Assembly: GCA_963727485.1 (NCBI GenBank) | Contig: CAVSGM010000003.1 | Location: forward strand, 128,001 to 192,000 | From: an uncultured delta proteobacterium | GTDB taxonomy: Bacteria; Myxococcota; Myxococcia; SLRQ01 | DNA length: 64,000 bases | Direction of reading: 5' to 3' | Shown: in pieces, positions 58,872-64,000 of the stretch | Layout: every line of letters starts with the position of its first letter | Position numbering within the stretch: position 1 is the first letter of the stretch | Translations under genes and position numbers: made by a program | The notes under the pieces: model-generated | The model's input: only the letters and a program-made list of their open reading frames with translations | Database searches by the model: none | Told to the model about the DNA's origin: nothing

Positions 58872-59990
58872 GTGCGTGTCCTCCACATCCTCGGATCGCT
58901 CGACCACGGTGGCGCAGAGCGCTGGCTCCTCGACATGCTCCCGGCGCTAGCGCAGGCGGGGGTCCACTCGGACTTCCTCCTGCACACCCCGAACAAGGGC
59001 GCCTACGAGGACGAAGTGCGGCGCCTTGGCGCCCGGGTCCACCGGGTCACCGACTTCTCCCGGCCAGTGAGCTACGCACGCGCCCTGCGCCGGATCCTCT
59101 GCGCAGGTACGGGACCTACGACGCCGTCCACAGCCACGTACACTACTTCAGCGGCCTGCCGCTGATGGTCGCCGCGGAGGCCGGCGTTGCCGCCCGGGTG
59201 GCCCACTCGCACATCGACCGGCGCCGGGCCGAGTCGGGGGCCGCGCTCCGGCGATGCGCCTACCTGGTCGGCGCCAGGAGGCTGATCCGGTTGACGGCCA
59301 CCCGTGGCCTGGCGGCCAGCCGCCTCGCCGCAGACGACCTCTTCGGCCGGCACTGGGAAGGCGACCCGCGCTTCGGGATCAGCCACTGCTCGGTCGACGT
59401 GGCGCGGATGCGCCCGACCCGCCCGCCCGTCGAGCTGCGCCGCGCCCTCGGCCTGCCCGGCGAGGGCCGGGTGGCAATCGCAAGTGGGCAACTTCGCCGG
59501 CGCCAAGAACCAGGAGTTCACCCTCACCGTGGCTCGCGAGGCGAAGGCCAGCGGCCGGCCCTTCACCTTCCTCCTCGTGGGAGACGGTCCCCGGCGAGTG
59601 GAGATCGAGGCGGCGGCGAGCCGGGACGGACTGGACGACCGGGTCCGGTTCCTGGGGCTGCGGGACGATGTCCCCAATCTCCTCGTGGCATCGGACATCC
59701 TCCTCCTGCCCTCGCTCTTCGAGGGCCTGCCCATCATTGGCCTCGAGGCGCAGGCGTTGGGGTTGCCCATCCTCGCCTCGGACCAGGTCACCACCGAGCT
59801 GGCGGTGGGGCCCGGCTGGGTGACCCACCTGCCGCTGGCGTTGGGGCCGGCCATCTGGCTCGACCGGCTGGGCGAGCTGGCGCGGGAGAAGCGACCGCTG
59901 GACGAGGCCCGCGAGGTCTTCGAGCAGAGCGACTTCTCGGTGAGCGCTGGGGTTGGCCGCCTCCGCGAGGCCTACGGCCGCCCCACCTAG
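58872..59990 (+). CDS. GT4 glycosyltransferase; frameshifts
   Basis: RVLHI...LD.GGAE, AHSH, KNQ.F, LPSLFEGLP...LEAQA.GLP. Confidence 0.85.
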
Positions 59991-60039
59991 CGCGGGTCTC
60001 CGTCCGCGTAGTCCGGACGCATTCCACCAATAGGATCCC

Positions 60040-61243
60040 GTGAAGCTCACCATTGCATTGGAGGCCCGGTTCCAGAGGGCGCCCGATGGCTCCTACTGGT
60101 CCGACGGCCCCTTCGGCGTGGACTTCTGGTCGAGGTACCAGGCGGTGTTCGACGAGTTGGAGGTGGTGGCCCGGGCGCGCCCTGTCGACCGCGTCGCGGC
60201 CAACAGCGTCCGGAGCGACGGCCCCGGGATCGCGCTTCCTGCCCTTGTCCCACTACCTCGGACCCGCCGAGTTCCTCCGGGCGGCACCGGGGATCCAGAT
60301 GGAGATGCACGCCGTCGCCGCGCGGGCGCAGGCGGTGATCGCCCGGGTCCCGGGTCAGGTCGGGACCAGCTTGCTGTGGGCCCTGCGTCTGCGTCGCCAC
60401 CCGTATGGCGTCGAGGTCGTCGGGGATCCCCACGACGTGTTCGCGCCCGGCGCGGTCCGCCATCCCCTGCGGCGACTGTTCCGGTGGCAGGGCTCGCGTG
60501 CCCTGCGCCGACAGTGCGTCGAGTCCGCCTGCGCCTCCTACGTGACCGAGCGGACGCTGCAGGCGCGCTACCCAGCCGGAGCCCCGAGGCCAGCCACGCT
60601 TGCATCGACCTCGCCGACGACGTGATCGGATGTGGCGCCAGCGCCCAACGCGTCGCCGGCGACGAAGCCTTCCGCGTGGTCTATGTGGGGAGTCTCGAAC
60701 AGCTCTACAAAGCCCCGGACGTGCTGCTCCACGCGATCCACCGCTGCCGGCAGGCGGGTCTCCGGGCGCGGCTGACACTCGTGGGCGGGGGGAAGTACCG
60801 GCCGGAGCTCGAGCGTCTGGCTGGCCGCCTTGGCCTGGGGTCGGAGGTCCAGTTCCTCGGTCAGCTCAAGCCCGGTGACGCAGTGCGGGCGCAGCTCCTC
60901 GCGGCGGACCTCTTCGTGCTCCCGTCGAGGACCGAGGGGCTGCCCCGGGCGATGATCGAGGCGATGGCCTGCGGCCTGCCGTGCATCGGGTCCCGGGTGG
61001 GCGGCATCCCCGAGCTGCTCCCCCCGGAGATGTTGGTGCCGCCGGGCGATGCCGAGGCCCTCGCACGGCGAGATCCTGGAGCTGGCGGCCAACCCGGAGC
61101 GGCTGGCGGCGGAGGGGCGGCGGAACCTCGAGGCCGTGGAGCGCTTCCGCCCCGAACGCCTGCGGGTGGCCCGGGAGCGGTTCTACGACGACCTCAAGGG
61201 GAGAACCGCGGCCTGGGCGGCGGAGCGAGGGATGCGCTGGTGA
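60040..61243 (+). CDS. GT4 glycosyltransferase; frameshifts
   Basis: VG.LEQLYK, DLFVLPSRTEGLPRAMIEAMACGLP. Confidence 0.85.
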
Positions 61244-62381
61244 GGGTGCTGCACCTGCTGAAGACCTCCGTGGGGGCCACCTGGGCCCTGCGCCAGATTG
61301 ACGTGCTGGTGAAGCGCGGGGTCGAGGTCCACGTAGCACTGCCTTCCGGCGGCCCAATGGTCGGGCGCTACACGTCCCGGGGTGCGACGGAGCATCTGCT
61401 CCAGACGGCGCTGCCGGTGCGACGGCCCTGGGAGGCACCGTCGGTGCTCCGGGGGCTCGCGCGGCTCGTCGACGAGGTCAAGCCCGACATCATCCACAGC
61501 CACTTCGTGGCCACCACCCTGTCCATGCGCCTCGCCCCCTACCGGCGCCGGTCCACGCCTCGGATCTTCCAGGTGCCCGGGCCGTTGCACCTGGAGCACT
61601 GGCCCTTCAGGAAGGCCGAGGTCCTGGTCTGGCCGGGACTCCGGACTATTGGGTCGCCGCCTGCGAGTGGACCCGGCGCACCTATCTGTCGGAGGGCATC
61701 CCGGCAGACCGCGTCCTGCTCTCCTACTACGGCGCCGACAACGAGCAGTTCCTGAATCGTCGGCGCCGGGGCCTGCGGTCCGAGCTGGGGCTGGCCGGCG
61801 GGACGCCCGCCTGGTGGGCATGGTCGCCCACATCTACGGGCCGAAGCGCTACCTGTTGCAGCGCCGGGGACTCAAGGGGCATGAGGACCTCTTTGGCGCC
61901 ATCGCGCGACTGCAGGGGCGGTGGCCGGACCTCTACGCCCTGGTGGTCGGCGGCGCCTGGGCCGGGGCCGAAGACTACGAGCGCAACTTGCGACAGGAGG
62001 CGCGGCGCAGCTGCGGGGACCGGTATCCCTTCCTCGGTCCGCGCCGGGACGTGGCCGACCTCTACCCGGAGTTCGACGTGGCGGTGCACCCCTCGTTGAG
62101 CGAGAACGTCGGGGGGGCCGTCGAGTCCCTGGTGGCCGGGATTCCGACCATCGCCACCCGGGTCGGCGGCTTTCCCGACCTGGTGCGCGACGGCGAGACG
62201 GGCTGGCTGGTGCCGCCGCGGGACCCCTGAGCGCCTGGCCCGGGCCATCCAGGCGGCGCTCCGCGATCCGGAGGAGGCGGCGCGGAGGGCCCGGGCCGGT
62301 CGGGCGCTGGCGCTGCAAATGTTCGATGTCGAGGCGAACACGCAGACGATCCTCGAGCTGTATCGCCGACTCGTGGGGTAG
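61240..62381 (+). CDS. GT4 glycosyltransferase; frameshifts
   Basis: VLHLLKTS.GA.W, PDIIHSH, KGHEDL, HPSLSENVGGAVES. Confidence 0.82.
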
Positions 62382-62397
62382 CCGGGAGACGGGTCGC

Positions 62398-63022
62398 ATG
62401 AAGCAGAGAGGCTGGAGACTTCGGGCAAAGCGGACCCTGGACGCCGCGACCGCAGCGGTGGGCCTGTCTGGCCACCGCGCCGGTGACCACCGGCGTCGCC
62501 CTGTCCATCTGGGCCACCATGGGGAGGCCCATCCTCTTTCGCCAGCAGCGGCCCGGCCGGGCCGGGAGGCCCTTCCACCTCCTCAAGTTCCGGACCATGT
62601 CCGCCGATGGAGACCAGGATGCCGGCGCACGACGAGGCCCGCCTCACGCCCCTGGGTCGAGTGCTCCGGGCCACCAGCCTCGACGAGCTGCCGGAGCTGT
62701 GGAATGTCCTCACGGGGAGCTGAGCCTGGTCGGGCCGCGGCCGTGCTCATGCGAGTAGCTCAAACGGTACTCCATCGAGCAGGCGCGACGGCACGAGCTG
62801 AAACCTGGGATTACGGGGTGGGCCCAGATAACGGTCGCGATGCCATCCCCTGGCCGAGAAGTTCGAGCTCGACGTCTGGTACGTCGACACCGGATCCTCT
62901 CGCTCGACTCGGATCCTGGTCAAGACCGTCTGGCAGGTGTTCGCGCGCGGGGCATCTCCAGAGCGGGGCAGACGATGCCGGAGTTTTTGGGGAGCCCGGG
63001 ACCCGGTGCGGGTAGTCGATAA
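62398..63022 (+). CDS. Priming sugar (phosphoglycosyl) transferase, PglC/EpsL-like; frameshifts
   Basis: KR.LD, ILFRQ.RPG..G.PF...KFRTM, R.TSLDELP.LWNVL.G..SLVGPRP, KPG.TGWAQ across frames. Confidence 0.85.
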
Positions 63023-63629
63023 TCAAGGGACGGGAGGGGCACACGGCGTCGTGGCGACGGCAAGGTTGAGGCCTAGGAGGCGCACCCGCCGGTCGTGCGG
63101 CCTGGGATCCTGGATGACGGGACGAACCTCGGGGACCCGGTCCTGGGGACCCGGTCCTCGGGGGACTGGACGCCCTCGGCAGCCGACCCCCATGACGCGG
63201 TGGGTCTCGTGGTCGGTGATAACGCCCGCCTGGGCTTGATTTACGAAATGGTTCGCCGCCACTGGTGAGGTCGCTACCCTCGTCCACCCGGCGGCGGTCC
63301 GAGTCGGCCGAGCTCGGCCAGGAGGCATGGCTCTCGCTCAGGCGGTGGTCCATCCGGAAGCCGTGGTCGGCAGACGCGCAATCGTCAACACGGCGTCTAG
63401 CGTCGATCACCACGCTGGGGTTGGCGTCCTTCGCCCGTCGCCCCTGAGCGCCATGGCGTCGGCGGCACCGTGGGGGACGGTAGCGGAGCTCGGGCATCGG
63501 CGCATACCTCCTTCCCGGGTGCACGTCGGTGCTCACTCGATCGTCGGGGCCGGGGCGGCGGTGGTAAGGAACATCCCCGGGAACGTCGTCGCCGTCGGGG
63601 TGCCGGCGCGGGTGGTGCGCGAGCTTTGA
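63006..63629 (+). CDS. Sugar acetyltransferase, PglD/NeuD/EpsM-like; frameshifts, start approximate
   Basis: G.N..R, LVHP.A, INT...VDH, VGAGAAVV.N.P...VAVGVPARV. Confidence 0.72.
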
Positions 63630-63694
63630 CCGGCCGGGCACGCCAGGAGGCCGCGCGAACCGCGAATGCGGGCGGAGCGAGGGAGCCTAGAGGT

Positions 63695-64000
63695 ATGTCG
63701 CGCATCTACCTTTCTCCTCCCCATGTCGGCGGCCGGGAGCGGGCCTTGCTCCTGGACGCCTTCGACTCCAACTGGATCGCGCCGCTCGGCCCGCACGTCG
63801 ACGCCTTCGAGCGCGAGCTCGCGGGCCGACGTCGGCGTCCGGGCACGCGGTCGCGCTGTCGAGCGGCACCGCGGCGCTGCACCTCGCGCTGCGTGCTGCT
63901 CGGCGTGGGCCCGGGCGACGAGGTCGTCGTCCCCACCCTGACCTTCGGCGCCAGCGCCAACCCGATCGGCTACCTGGGCGCCGAGCCGGTCTTCGTCGAC
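63695..64000 (+). CDS. DegT/DnrJ/EryC1/StrS aminotransferase, PglE/EpsN-like (3' partial, frameshifted)
   Basis: RIYLSPPH, NWIAPLGP.VD.FE, SSGTAALHLAL, GDEV..PTLTF.ASANPI.YLGA.PVFVD. Confidence 0.88.
   Translation, partial: MSRIYLSPPHVGGRERALLLDAFDSNWIAPLGPHVDAFERELAGRRRRPGTRSRCRAAPRRCTSRCVLLGVGPGDEVVVPTLTFGASANPIGYLGAEPVFVD

Overview
Very GC-rich bacterial DNA, most consistent with Myxococcota (AglZ/FrzS-like pseudo-receiver coiled-coil protein, three PilZ genes, several sigma-54 promoters). It looks like a long-read assembly with many single-base indel frameshifts. 1-42 kb is mostly housekeeping and envelope genes: split methylmalonyl-CoA mutase, CDF transporter, E1alpha/E1beta plus a free lipoyl domain, alkyl-DHAP-synthase-like oxidase, gpsA, beta-propeller/di-haem lipoprotein, bioD, CapA, SLC12-like cotransporter, pfkA, fumC, ArsR-rhodanese with a DoxX-DsrE fusion, rimK, glmS/glmU, SLT, ggt, hemW and an M16 peptidase. 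From about 43 kb: a UpxY/NusG-like antiterminator and asnB, five unrelated genes including a decayed toxin-antitoxin islet, then a Wzx/Wzy polysaccharide locus with its own cysD/cysN, a sulfotransferase and PglC/D/E-like genes. Best candidates for novelty are this putative sulfated, bacillosamine-primed polysaccharide (with a degenerate APS-kinase domain), the sigma-54 propeller/di-haem module, the ArsR/DoxX-DsrE sulfur module, the E2-less dehydrogenase, a structured non-coding element at about 31.05 kb, and a recurring leaderless-promoter pattern. All family calls come from motif recognition by eye, with no database searches. No tRNA, rRNA, CRISPR array, transposase or integrase was seen.
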